From: a virus
Taxonomy: Duplodnaviria; Heunggongvirae; Uroviricota; Caudoviricetes
Strand: one strand, 5' to 3'
Virus record (IMG/VR): IMGVR_UViG_3300011972_000167
DNA length: 64,000 bases
This document shows, piece by piece, positions 47,433 through 56,884 of this stretch. The stretch's first letter is position 1. Each line of letters opens with the position of its first letter. The translations under genes and the position numbers were made by a program. The notes under the pieces were generated by a model that was not told where the DNA came from, searched no databases, and saw only the letters and a list, made by a program, of their open reading frames with translations.

Positions 47433-48371
47433 ATGGAATCTTTTGATGAATTAGAGATGAATAATGAAGTTAATGAGGATGTTGGTTCTATTGAATCTTT
47501 TGATGAGTTAAACACACCTTCAGGTGAGCAAGGTGAAATAGCTGATATTAAAGAAACTGGTGCAAAGAAAGATGAGAACTCTGTTGAAAAGCAGGTAGCT
47601 CTTGAGTTAAGAGAGGAGCTTATAAACAATCCAGAGTTTAGAGAGTTGTTTAAGAGCCGTACTCAGGATTTGAAGGTTATTAATACCCTTGGTTTTTCTG
47701 ATAAGGGTGGTCAGGTTTCAGTAGGATATGACAGCTCTCAGAAAAATGCTCATGGCAAAGACAAGCACCTACTTGACCAAGTATCTGAAATTGTTGGATA
47801 CAAGGTTAGAAATGAAGGCGACCAGCCTATAAAGTGTGCTTCTCAAAAGTGGGTAAAAGATGAAGCAACTGGAAAGTTTGTTCCTCAGCCTTATGAATTA
47901 GTTATAAATGCTGGAGAAGAGGCTATTATAAACAAGAGAGATTTGGTTCTTATAACAATGCAACCAGAGTTCTCTTTCAACTTTGCAAATGGAATGGTAG
48001 TTTCAAAGCTTAAGGTTGAGAATGTAACTAGCGGTATGAACATAAACGATTTAGCTGAAATGCATCACATAAGACTTAACGAAAAGACTCTTAATGTTCA
48101 TGATGATACATTCAAGATTAACATATCACATCAGGAAGAGAGAAACGGTGAGACTGTATGGGTTGTAAATGATGAATATGTGGACAAGTTCGGATACCTC
48201 AACAATGAGCCGGATGCAAAGGTTCGTAAAGAAAAGGTTAAGAAAGAGAAGAAACCAAGAGTAAAGGTTAAGATAGATGCTCGTGATGTTAAGGCAGCTT
48301 TCCTTATGAAAGCTATCCAGGCTGGCATGGCTAGCCAAACTCAGGATAAGCCAGCAAATTTAACAAAGTAA
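47433..48371 (+). CDS. Hypothetical protein, probably highly expressed (strong promoter and RBS)
   Basis: 312 aa with RBS AAGGAGG. Acidic N-terminus with an imperfect duplicated SFDEL motif, and a K-rich C-terminus. Confidence 0.45.
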   Translation: MESFDELEMNNEVNEDVGSIESFDELNTPSGEQGEIADIKETGAKKDENSVEKQVALELREELINNPEFRELFKSRTQDLKVINTLGFSDKGGQVSVGYDSSQKNAHGKDKHLLDQVSEIVGYKVRNEGDQPIKCASQKWVKDEATGKFVPQPYELVINAGEEAIINKRDLVLITMQPEFSFNFANGMVVSKLKVENVTSGMNINDLAEMHHIRLNEKTLNVHDDTFKINISHQEERNGETVWVVNDEYVDKFGYLNNEPDAKVRKEKVKKEKKPRVKVKIDARDVKAAFLMKAIQAGMASQTQDKPANLTK

Positions 48372-48524
48372 AAAATTATTAACATACAGATGTGAACTTG
48401 GCTAGCATTGATTACTGAAAAGTAATAGTGTTAGCCATTATCCATCACTTTTATTCACAGCAAAAAGAGAGGAAATGGGGGTTGAAGCCTGTTTCCTTTT
48501 TCTTTTATTCAAGGGGAAAATGGA

Positions 48525-48923
48525 ATGATAGAAAGTTTATTAGGAAATCAGCAATTATTACTTATTTTAATATTTGTTGTATTATTGATAGCTATTGTAG
48601 TATCTATTGTAAAGAAAGCTATTAAAACGGCTGTATTTATAGCTATTATGCTATCTATTAACGCTTATTTAATAACTGCTGTAAACAAGTTTAACGATGA
48701 GTTTGGTTTTAAGTATAAAAACGGAGTTGTTACAGTAGATAATAGATATAATACTGGAATAGCTTTTAAGATAAATGATATACAATCAGTAAACATAGAT
48801 AAAAGTAAGAGTAATGATACTGAGTCTACTATAGTGGTTACTTTAAGAAGTGGAGCAACTGTAGACTTTAAGATAGGTAGTCATTATGAGGGTATGGCTA
48901 GGGATATAATAAATAAAAAATAA
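48525..48923 (+). CDS. Small membrane protein
   Basis: 132 aa with two N-terminal TM helices. Confidence 0.35.
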   Translation: MIESLLGNQQLLLILIFVVLLIAIVVSIVKKAIKTAVFIAIMLSINAYLITAVNKFNDEFGFKYKNGVVTVDNRYNTGIAFKINDIQSVNIDKSKSNDTESTIVVTLRSGATVDFKIGSHYEGMARDIINKK

Positions 48924-49014
48924 ATAAACTATATACCAGATAATTTGTTATAGAACCTTTGAATAGTTAAATTAAAAACTATTCAAAGGTTTTTTATTTC
49001 AAAGGGGGTTAATT

Positions 49015-50421
49015 TTGGGAGAAAGCAACAGAGAAGATAGTAAGAACTGGGCAAGGAAGTATAGACCTAGTAGTTTATCTGAATACATGGGAGACTCAAT
49101 AAAGTCTAAGGCTGTAGCCAGATTAAGTAGTGAAAGTCTGTACCCAAGAGTTTGGCTTTTAGAGGGAGATAGAGGTTCAGGTAAGACATCTTTAGCTAGG
49201 TTAATTGCTTTAGAGATGTTGTGTTTAGACAAAGTAGATGGGCATAGTTGTGGTAAGTGTGAGATGTGTCAAGAGATTAGGGATAATTTATTATTCAGTG
49301 ATAATGGTTCTACAACTTCTAATGTTTTAGAGGTCAATGTGGCTACGGATGGCGGAAAATCTGCTGTTGAGTCCATAATGGAAGAAATGGATGTAGAGCC
49401 TATGTTTGGTAAGTATAAAGTATGTATACTAGATGAGTGTCATAAATTAACTTCGGCTGCTCAGAACAGTCTACTAAAAAGATTAGAGGAACCTAGAGAC
49501 TATGAAGTTTATATCTTATGTACAACGGATCCTGATGATTTATTGCAACCAATAATAAGTAGATGTGAAGTAACATTAACAGTTAAGCCAGCAAACATAA
49601 ACGAGTTAGCTGATAGGCTATTATTTATTTGTAAGCAAGAAGATGTTATAGTAGGAAAGCAAGCACTTGTAGCTATAGCTAATGCTAAGGAGTGTAACCC
49701 TAGAGAGAGTATATTATTACTTGAGTCTATTGCAAAATCTCATAACTATACTGTTACTTATGAAACTGTACTTAATGAAACAGGTAGTATACAGGCTAAT
49801 ACTTATGTAGATTATTTCAAAAGTGCTAATACAAGCATGACTGAAATAGTAAAGTTTAATTGGAAACTAAAAAAAGATAATATACAACCAAAGGATTTTT
49901 TAATAGGGCTTAGCAAATATATAATAACTTGTCTACACATAGTAGAGGGCTTAGGATTAGAGATGTATACTCAAGATTATGTAAAAAAGGTTAAGGATTT
50001 CTTTAAGACTTATACTCCACAGGATGTAGATTATTTACTTCAAATAATAGAGTATGCATTAAAAACTCTAAATAAAGATAGTAGCATGGGAGATTTAGTC
50101 TTAATGACAACTGCTCTTAGGATAAGTAAATTAAAGCAGTTAAGCATGGGAACTGATTTATCTGGTGAAAGGAATATAGCAACTAAAGAAACCAATAGAG
50201 GAAGTCATTTGCATGTAGACCAATTAAATAAAGATAAGAACAATCAAGATAGCTTAAAGGGTGAGGTTAGTGTGGATAGTTCTTTAATAGCCGCCTCCTT
50301 TGGTAAAGAAATGCTTGAGGTTACCGACCAAAAGCCAATTTTATTTGATGACATAGATGAAGAAGATAGTTTAGCTTCGGATGAAGATATCTTAAATGAT
50401 AAGTTATTTAAGTTAGGCTAA
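49015..50421 (+). CDS. dnaX: DnaX-like AAA+ clamp-loader ATPase (DNA polymerase III gamma/tau-like), TTG start
   Basis: KYRPSSLSEYMGD (KYRP opening). Walker A GDRGSGKTSLARLIA. Zn module CGKCEMCQ. Walker B/DExx VCILDECHKLT. SRC motif ISRCEV. RBS AAAGGGGG. Confidence 0.7.
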   Translation: MGESNREDSKNWARKYRPSSLSEYMGDSIKSKAVARLSSESLYPRVWLLEGDRGSGKTSLARLIALEMLCLDKVDGHSCGKCEMCQEIRDNLLFSDNGSTTSNVLEVNVATDGGKSAVESIMEEMDVEPMFGKYKVCILDECHKLTSAAQNSLLKRLEEPRDYEVYILCTTDPDDLLQPIISRCEVTLTVKPANINELADRLLFICKQEDVIVGKQALVAIANAKECNPRESILLLESIAKSHNYTVTYETVLNETGSIQANTYVDYFKSANTSMTEIVKFNWKLKKDNIQPKDFLIGLSKYIITCLHIVEGLGLEMYTQDYVKKVKDFFKTYTPQDVDYLLQIIEYALKTLNKDSSMGDLVLMTTALRISKLKQLSMGTDLSGERNIATKETNRGSHLHVDQLNKDKNNQDSLKGEVSVDSSLIAASFGKEMLEVTDQKPILFDDIDEEDSLASDEDILNDKLFKLG

Positions 50422-50464
50422 AAGGCTTTATCAAGTTAGTATTAAATTTCATATAAAAATAGAA

Positions 50465-50510
50465 AACAGGTGTATAAACTAAGAATTTAATGTTTATATA
50501 CCTGTTTTTG
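50465..50510 (+). terminator. Rho-independent terminator
   Basis: AACAGGTGTATAAAC ... GTTTATATACCTGTT (15-bp stem, 1 mismatch) followed by TTTTG. Confidence 0.6.
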
Positions 50511-50547
50511 TTATATAAATGAATAAAAAATTTAGGGAGGAAAATAA

Positions 50548-51354
50548 ATGCAAAAATTATTTTTGGTATTAGCTTTATCAGTTTCTTTAGCTGTGCCAGT
50601 GTATGCTTCCAGTTTATCTGATGTTGCTGGGCAAAATAAATCTACACAAGCAACTATAGCAGTTCAGACTCAACCCCAGACTCAGGTTCAGACTCAACCT
50701 CAAACTCAAGCAAGTCAAAGTACTAACACATCTAATTCAAATGGTGGTTCTATACAAATAGACAAGAGCAGAAGTAAGATGGTAAATGACCTTGCTGGGG
50801 CTGCTGATTTTAGTGGAGATAGTCAGATAGCTAAAGATGTTCAGCAAAGTACCAGACCTTACATGATGGCTATTATGCAAATACTTAGCTGGATTATTGT
50901 ATTTGCTTTAGGACTTTCAGTAATGTTTGACTTACTTTACTTAGTAGCTCCACCATTGAGAGGTGTATTAAGTGGTGGTGCAGGTGCTACTTCTGCTACA
51001 TCTGGTACAGCTACATCTGGTTCATTTGGAGGTGGTTCTTTTGGAGGCGGATCCTTTGGTGGAGGCTCATTTGGAGGAGGATCTTTTGGAGGAGGAATGA
51101 GCAACCCTACTCCTGTTCAACCTGCTGGTGGGCGTGGTTTTTGTTTAGTATCTCAAGAGGCTATCAATGCAGCTACTGCTGTAGACCCACAAACTGGAAA
51201 GACAAAGAGTTCTATATCAGTTTATGCTAAAACAGCTTGGTTAAAGCTAGTCTTAACACCAGTAGTATTAATATTAACTGTAACAGGTTCTTTACAGCAG
51301 ATAGGTTTTACAATAGCTTCAATATTGGTAAACTTAATAAAGAATATAATTTAA
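50548..51354 (+). CDS. Secreted/membrane protein with QTQP and (GGSFG)n glycine-rich repeats
   Basis: Signal peptide. QTQPQTQVQTQPQTQ. Internal TM. SFGGGSFGGGSFGGGSFGGGSFGGG. C-terminal TM. Confidence 0.45.
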   Translation: MQKLFLVLALSVSLAVPVYASSLSDVAGQNKSTQATIAVQTQPQTQVQTQPQTQASQSTNTSNSNGGSIQIDKSRSKMVNDLAGAADFSGDSQIAKDVQQSTRPYMMAIMQILSWIIVFALGLSVMFDLLYLVAPPLRGVLSGGAGATSATSGTATSGSFGGGSFGGGSFGGGSFGGGSFGGGMSNPTPVQPAGGRGFCLVSQEAINAATAVDPQTGKTKSSISVYAKTAWLKLVLTPVVLILTVTGSLQQIGFTIASILVNLIKNII

Positions 51355-51372
51355 GTTTATAGGTAAATAATA

Positions 51373-51678
51373 ATGTTTGAAAGACTTAGAAGAGTAATAA
51401 GGGAAAAGAATAAAGTACAGAAAGAACGAAAAAGGAGGCGTAATAAGGATATTATAGAAATGAGAAACAACTCTATATTTTCTGCTAAATTGAGTAGAGA
51501 CCTTAATATTATAGGAATATTATTAATGGATTCAGATATAGACAGTATAGAAGTTGAGACTTCTCAAGAAAATGTACCTAGGTTAGATTCAGCCATGTAC
51601 GGATATGAGATGGCGGAATATGTAGTTTCCAAAGATGATACTAGGTACACTATAAGAAATAAAGATATAACCTTATGA
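51373..51678 (+). CDS. Small basic hypothetical protein
   Basis: 101 aa with a K/R-rich N-terminus. Confidence 0.3.
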   Translation: MFERLRRVIREKNKVQKERKRRRNKDIIEMRNNSIFSAKLSRDLNIIGILLMDSDIDSIEVETSQENVPRLDSAMYGYEMAEYVVSKDDTRYTIRNKDITL

Positions 51679-51685
51679 TTATAAG

Positions 51686-52036
51686 ATGACAGTAAATGAA
51701 AGAATTAAAGACATAGAGATGAGGACAGGCTTATCTGAAAAAACTATAAGGGCTGTATTAAAAGCTGAAACAGATTCAGTTATGGATTCTTTAGAGAGAG
51801 GAGAAAGAGCGGTACTAATAGGAAGATGTGCTTTTACTCCTGCTATAACTTATAGAGTTGGCTTAGATAATGAAAAAGTTTCTCATATCAGAGTATCTGC
51901 TAAAGCTTCTTCAAGAATAACCAATTATTTGTTTTCTAAGAGTGAGTACATAGAGAATGATTTTGAGAGCATAGAGAAAGAGATGTTAAGATTAGATGAT
52001 GATATAGTGACATTTCAAATAGAAGAATTAGCTTAG
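51686..52036 (+). CDS. Possible HU/IHF-like (histone-like) DNA-binding protein, divergent
   Basis: TGLSEKTIRAVLKAETDSVMDSLERGERAVLIGRCAFTP parallels the HU N-terminal helices and first strand (..LSKK.A..AVD...D.I...L..G..V.L.GFG.F). The RNPxTG arm motif is not obvious. Confidence 0.3.
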   Translation: MTVNERIKDIEMRTGLSEKTIRAVLKAETDSVMDSLERGERAVLIGRCAFTPAITYRVGLDNEKVSHIRVSAKASSRITNYLFSKSEYIENDFESIEKEMLRLDDDIVTFQIEELA

Positions 52037-52047
52037 GAGTTAGTTAT

Positions 52048-52824
52048 ATGACATATAGAACTCATAGGGAATTTTCAATCTGGTTTGCTTTATTATTAAA
52101 CATAATAGTTTATGAGTTAAAATTAAGTAATACAAATTATTATTTGAATTTAATGGTAATGCTATTGTTTAGTAAGCAAGGTGCTTTATTTCCTGATGTA
52201 GACCATAATTGGCAAAATGTAAAAGAAAAGACTATTGTTAATAGAGTTATAAATTTTATAATTCATTCTACGGGAGGAAAGCATAGAAGTTGGCAGACAC
52301 ATAGTTTAGATATTTGGGCAGTTAGTTTATTAGTGTTTATATATTTAGTAAATAAGTTAGGGTTTGAGGATAGAGCAGTAGCTTTATTAGTATTACTTGG
52401 TTTTTATGGGGGTTGGTTTAGTCACTTGTTTAGTGATGCGTTAACGCTTGAGGGAATAAGAGTATTTTGTTTTAATAACAAGTTAAAGATAAGATTAGTG
52501 CCTAAGCAAGCTAATTTACAAGTAAATTTAATAATAACTTTTGTAATTGCAATTATGAGCATATTGTATTATTTTGTTAACTTGCCAAGTAAGAATTTAG
52601 TTGCATCTATTGGTTTATTATTAGCGGTAGTTTTTGGTATATTTAGTCTTAAGATTGGAAATATTAGGTTTAGGACTGGTTTGAGTTCTTACGGAGAGAG
52701 GGATAGTAGTGGTAATAAGCCTAAACCAACTTGGGAAGATATAGTATACTCATTAACTTTAAGGGTAAACTTAGTGGTTTTTATAGTATCTATTGTATAC
52801 CCTTATGCTAAATTACTTATATAG
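52048..52824 (+). CDS. Polytopic membrane protein (possibly a YdjM/DUF457-like membrane hydrolase)
   Basis: Multiple TM helices. Conserved-looking DVDHNWQ and HRSWQTHSLD. Weak assignment. Confidence 0.25.
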   Translation: MTYRTHREFSIWFALLLNIIVYELKLSNTNYYLNLMVMLLFSKQGALFPDVDHNWQNVKEKTIVNRVINFIIHSTGGKHRSWQTHSLDIWAVSLLVFIYLVNKLGFEDRAVALLVLLGFYGGWFSHLFSDALTLEGIRVFCFNNKLKIRLVPKQANLQVNLIITFVIAIMSILYYFVNLPSKNLVASIGLLLAVVFGIFSLKIGNIRFRTGLSSYGERDSSGNKPKPTWEDIVYSLTLRVNLVVFIVSIVYPYAKLLI

Positions 52825-52836
52825 GAGAAAAATAAG

Positions 52837-53658
52837 ATGAAGGGATTAATTAAAAGATTACTGGTATACTTGTTAGTGTGTTTATTAGTAATTCCAACTA
52901 CTATAGTAGCCTTTGCTGCTGATTCAGCAACTGTTAAAGCTACTTATAATAAACTATCTGATGATGATAAGGCTAAAATTACTTTTAGTGGGGATTCAGT
53001 AAGTGTAAACGGTGCTAATATTGCTTGTAGCAGTTCTAGCGGTCAGGGGTTAGCTCCTATAACTTTAGGTAGCAATACATTTTATATGACTCAAGACCAA
53101 ATAAATGAATTAGATACTGCACTTAACAATTTTGCGACTGCTTCAGAAAAGTTAAAAAATGATAATGGTGCAGCTGGTGCCAAGAATAAAGTAGGAGAAT
53201 TAGAGAAACAGTTTGATGTTGGTGCCGATATGAAAAGTGCAGGTACTGCAATGAGTGGATTCAAAGCTCCAATAGCTACTGTTATAGGTATAATTTTATA
53301 CTTAGTAGTAACCTTATTCGGATTAGTTACTGCATTAGACATAGCGTATATAGTTATACCATTCATTAGGATTCTTTGTGATGAAAAGGGTCAGTTTGGA
53401 GGATTATCTGGTAAGACATCAGATGGACAAACAAAGTTTAAGTTTATAAGTGATGAGGCAGTATATGCTGTAAAACAAAACACTATAGAAAATGGTAAAA
53501 ACCCACTTGGAACATATATTATGAAAAGAATATTTGGTGTAATCATGTTGGGTATTGCAATCTTCATGCTAGCGACAAACAATTTAAGTTTGTTAATGAA
53601 GATATCACTTAATGTAGTATCAGGAGTTATAGATTTACTTGTTACTATGGCTGGTTAA
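52837..53658 (+). CDS. Secreted protein with C-terminal TM helices
   Basis: Signal peptide LLVYLLVCLLVIPTTIVAFAAD and hydrophobic C-terminal third. Confidence 0.4.
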   Translation: MKGLIKRLLVYLLVCLLVIPTTIVAFAADSATVKATYNKLSDDDKAKITFSGDSVSVNGANIACSSSSGQGLAPITLGSNTFYMTQDQINELDTALNNFATASEKLKNDNGAAGAKNKVGELEKQFDVGADMKSAGTAMSGFKAPIATVIGIILYLVVTLFGLVTALDIAYIVIPFIRILCDEKGQFGGLSGKTSDGQTKFKFISDEAVYAVKQNTIENGKNPLGTYIMKRIFGVIMLGIAIFMLATNNLSLLMKISLNVVSGVIDLLVTMAG

Positions 53659-53711
53659 GTTTATTAGGGCTAACTATTATAGGGTTAGCCCTAAATAATT
53701 AAGGAGTTTGT

Positions 53712-54161
53712 ATGGATAATTATTCTGATGTACCTTATGATGTTGATTTTGGTATACTTGATAGGATAATAGATTTTTTAGCTAGTGCTGGAATGATGTT
53801 GTTTGGGTTGATAGCTTTTTTTATATCTTTTTATATGACTTTAATAACAACATTTGATTTAATTTATATAAATTTTCCTGCATTTCAATTATTAGCTAGA
53901 AAAAGAAATTTAGATGGTAGTGAGGATATAGGAAAGTTAAAACTTAGAGTAATATCAAGAGATGCATATAGGTCAGTTTTAGAGAAAGAAACTAGCAATA
54001 CATATAAGAATGTTAATTTAATATATTTTAGAAAGAGATTAGGTACTTACATAAGATTAGCTATGATTTTATCATTTTTGATACTCGGACCTAGATTAGT
54101 AATTCCTTTAGCTACTAAAATACTAAGACCTTTATTTGAAGCTTTTAATTTGATAAAGTAA
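53712..54161 (+). CDS. Small membrane protein
   Basis: 149 aa with two TM helices. Confidence 0.35.
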   Translation: MDNYSDVPYDVDFGILDRIIDFLASAGMMLFGLIAFFISFYMTLITTFDLIYINFPAFQLLARKRNLDGSEDIGKLKLRVISRDAYRSVLEKETSNTYKNVNLIYFRKRLGTYIRLAMILSFLILGPRLVIPLATKILRPLFEAFNLIK

Positions 54162-54230
54162 ACTCCAACAACTAAGTTGGAGTTTTTTTAGTGCTAGTTT
54201 AAGTTTATAGATTAGGAGGATAAAGAATAT

Positions 54231-56873
54231 ATGAATAAAAAGATTAAAAAAATTATACTACTGTTTCCAATAGTTTTTTCTTCTATTGCAACTACTTCTT
54301 GTTCTGTAGGAGTAAATAATTTATTATCATCTTTTCAGTCTACTATACAAAGTAGAATTGCTTGGAATACAGAGCAATTAAACAGGCTTAAGAGTGTAGG
54401 TTTAATTACAGAGGGTATGTATAATGGATTAATAGAGAATATGGCAGCCAGAACTGATAGGTTATCTGAAATAAGTGAGGATAGCTTACAGACTAATGTA
54501 GCTAACATTATAAAACCAAGTTTAGCTTTTTCTATGACAACTACAAGTGACCCTTTTTCTGAAATAACAAGTGGGGATTTATCTAAATATCCTGTATTTG
54601 CTAACTATGTAGCTAATATAGATACAGTTAAAGGTTTATTGGGTAGCAATCCTGGAAATCCAGCAGATGGAATAAAAGCTCTTGAAATATTTGCTTCTAA
54701 GGATACTACTCAAGCAGCTAGTGGACAAAACTTAAATGAGATATTAAAATCCAAGATTTATGTATTAAATGCAGACATAGTAGGTAATGATTTAAGTGAC
54801 ATAGCAATAGCAATGAACACTATAAAAGAGTTAAAAGACAAAAAAGACCTAAAGCCAGATGAAAAAGACAGATTAGATAAAGCAAGAACTTGGTTAGCAT
54901 ACTTCAAAGAAACTGATATGAGTTTATTAGATGGTAACTCAAGCTTAACCAGAATAACTACTCCTAACGACAAAGCTTATGAAATAGCTACAGGTGATTC
55001 TATACCTGATAATTCAGATGAGTCATTAAATAACCCTGAAGATGGTAAGGATTTAGTTATATTTTCTGATACTGTACCTGTAATGGGTTTAAGGGTTCAA
55101 GAATTAGATAATAAAGTTATAGATAACATATTAAAGCAAGTAAATGATGCTGGAGATAGTTATTTAATAGACTATATAAATGGAGATAAGAACCAAGGAG
55201 CTAGAATTTATAAGATGTATTACCCTGTAAGCTATGTAGATAGTGTAAGTTGGGATAGTAATACTTCTAAAACTAAGATAGAAACAAAAGAGAGTGAGTA
55301 TATTAATATTAACATAATGACTGGTAAGGTCAATTTAATTAAGGATAATGATTATTACAAACCAGATGAATTAAAAGAGATAGAGGCTTTATATAATGTA
55401 CTTGGAAACTCTGATAATGAAAGTAGTTTTACTGTTTGGAGTAAGGATAAATTTAAGGAAACTCATAACGGAGTAGAAACTGAGTTTGAGAGCAATACAA
55501 TATTATTAAAAGACTATTTAGAGTATACTTATTTACCTGGATTTATCACTAATGAAAATTATGGTGCATTAGGTAGGAAAATCCGTTTATATGGAATACA
55601 AAACGATGGTTCATTCAAAGATAAAACTATTATAGGAAAGTTTATAGATAAGTTAGGAGCTCCTGTTTCTGGTGCAGAGCCATTAAGATTAGATGATTTG
55701 ATAGATAATAAATCGGGAAATAAAGATAATGATAAAAAAGCCATAAAATTAACTGGTACTTCTGGTGGTGGAACTACCTTAAGAACTCCTGGAGGAACTC
55801 CTATATATTCTGGCGGAACTTGGAGTCAAGTAACTGTAGGAGGTGGTGTTAATACTACCTATTGGACTTATACAAGAGCAGATAATACATTATTGAAAGA
55901 TGGATGGGCTTATATTGATAGCGATGGAGATGGAAAAGCAGAGTGTTATTACTTTGAAAATGGTAAGATGGCATCTTCTAAAACTGTAGATGGATATGAA
56001 TTAAATTCTGATGGACAATGGGTAGAGAATGGAGTTGTTAAACAGTATGATATAGCAGCTAATAATTCTGCTAATAACAATAGTAGTACTGGTTTAGCCT
56101 CTGATATGAATAAAGCTAAGTTTAATAATATAGAGTTTGCAGATACAATACATCCTACTTCTGTGTTTCCTATAAGTTCAAATGATTTTAGTATAGCAGG
56201 TACAGATGGTAAAGAAAATGGAAACCCCAACTCAAGATTGATACATTATGGAATCTTTGTAAATGTCAATCTATATAAATCACAAATGTATAGTGGTTGG
56301 CTAGATACATTAGGAGAGGGTAGTGGAGGCTCTTTGAACTGGTGGAACAGTTGGCTTAGAAAGGCTAAATTTACATACAGCATAGATAAGAATAAACTTG
56401 CTGAATATTTGAATGTTAATTTTACTGCTGACACTACTGACTCTGATAAAGATGCTGTTGTACTAGATAAAAATACATTAATGGCTATACAACAGCAAAT
56501 ATCAAAAGAGACTCGAAATGATTTTATAAATACTATTAGAACTTGGTTTGTGGCTTTAGGATTTATGTGTTTTGTTTATGGGATAGCTTTAGTTGGTGCT
56601 TGGGCTTTAGATGTTAATACTATGTTAGCCTTTAAGCTATTAGGCATATTAACATTTGGAAAGTGTATAGCAGTATCTGATGATATAGATAAGCCCAATA
56701 CAGATAATGGAAAATTATATATGACTTTTGCTGGAGTTATGTTCAGATTAATAGCATTAGCTGGTTTAGGAATAATACTAATAAATGTAGATTTCTTAGT
56801 AGTTGTTGGTAATATGTATAATGCTATAAAGAATTTAACTGATTTTATAAGTAAAGGTTTATTTGGAGCGTAG
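54231..56873 (+). CDS. Large lipoprotein (880 aa) with cell-wall-binding repeats and a C-terminal membrane domain
   Basis: Lipobox-like SSIATTSC. CW-binding repeat TYWTYTRADNTLLKDGWAYIDSDGDGKAECYYFENGKMAS...NSDGQWVENG. Four or so C-terminal TM helices. Confidence 0.5.
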   Translation: MNKKIKKIILLFPIVFSSIATTSCSVGVNNLLSSFQSTIQSRIAWNTEQLNRLKSVGLITEGMYNGLIENMAARTDRLSEISEDSLQTNVANIIKPSLAFSMTTTSDPFSEITSGDLSKYPVFANYVANIDTVKGLLGSNPGNPADGIKALEIFASKDTTQAASGQNLNEILKSKIYVLNADIVGNDLSDIAIAMNTIKELKDKKDLKPDEKDRLDKARTWLAYFKETDMSLLDGNSSLTRITTPNDKAYEIATGDSIPDNSDESLNNPEDGKDLVIFSDTVPVMGLRVQELDNKVIDNILKQVNDAGDSYLIDYINGDKNQGARIYKMYYPVSYVDSVSWDSNTSKTKIETKESEYININIMTGKVNLIKDNDYYKPDELKEIEALYNVLGNSDNESSFTVWSKDKFKETHNGVETEFESNTILLKDYLEYTYLPGFITNENYGALGRKIRLYGIQNDGSFKDKTIIGKFIDKLGAPVSGAEPLRLDDLIDNKSGNKDNDKKAIKLTGTSGGGTTLRTPGGTPIYSGGTWSQVTVGGGVNTTYWTYTRADNTLLKDGWAYIDSDGDGKAECYYFENGKMASSKTVDGYELNSDGQWVENGVVKQYDIAANNSANNNSSTGLASDMNKAKFNNIEFADTIHPTSVFPISSNDFSIAGTDGKENGNPNSRLIHYGIFVNVNLYKSQMYSGWLDTLGEGSGGSLNWWNSWLRKAKFTYSIDKNKLAEYLNVNFTADTTDSDKDAVVLDKNTLMAIQQQISKETRNDFINTIRTWFVALGFMCFVYGIALVGAWALDVNTMLAFKLLGILTFGKCIAVSDDIDKPNTDNGKLYMTFAGVMFRLIALAGLGIILINVDFLVVVGNMYNAIKNLTDFISKGLFGA

Positions 56874-56884
56874 GGAGGTATATT

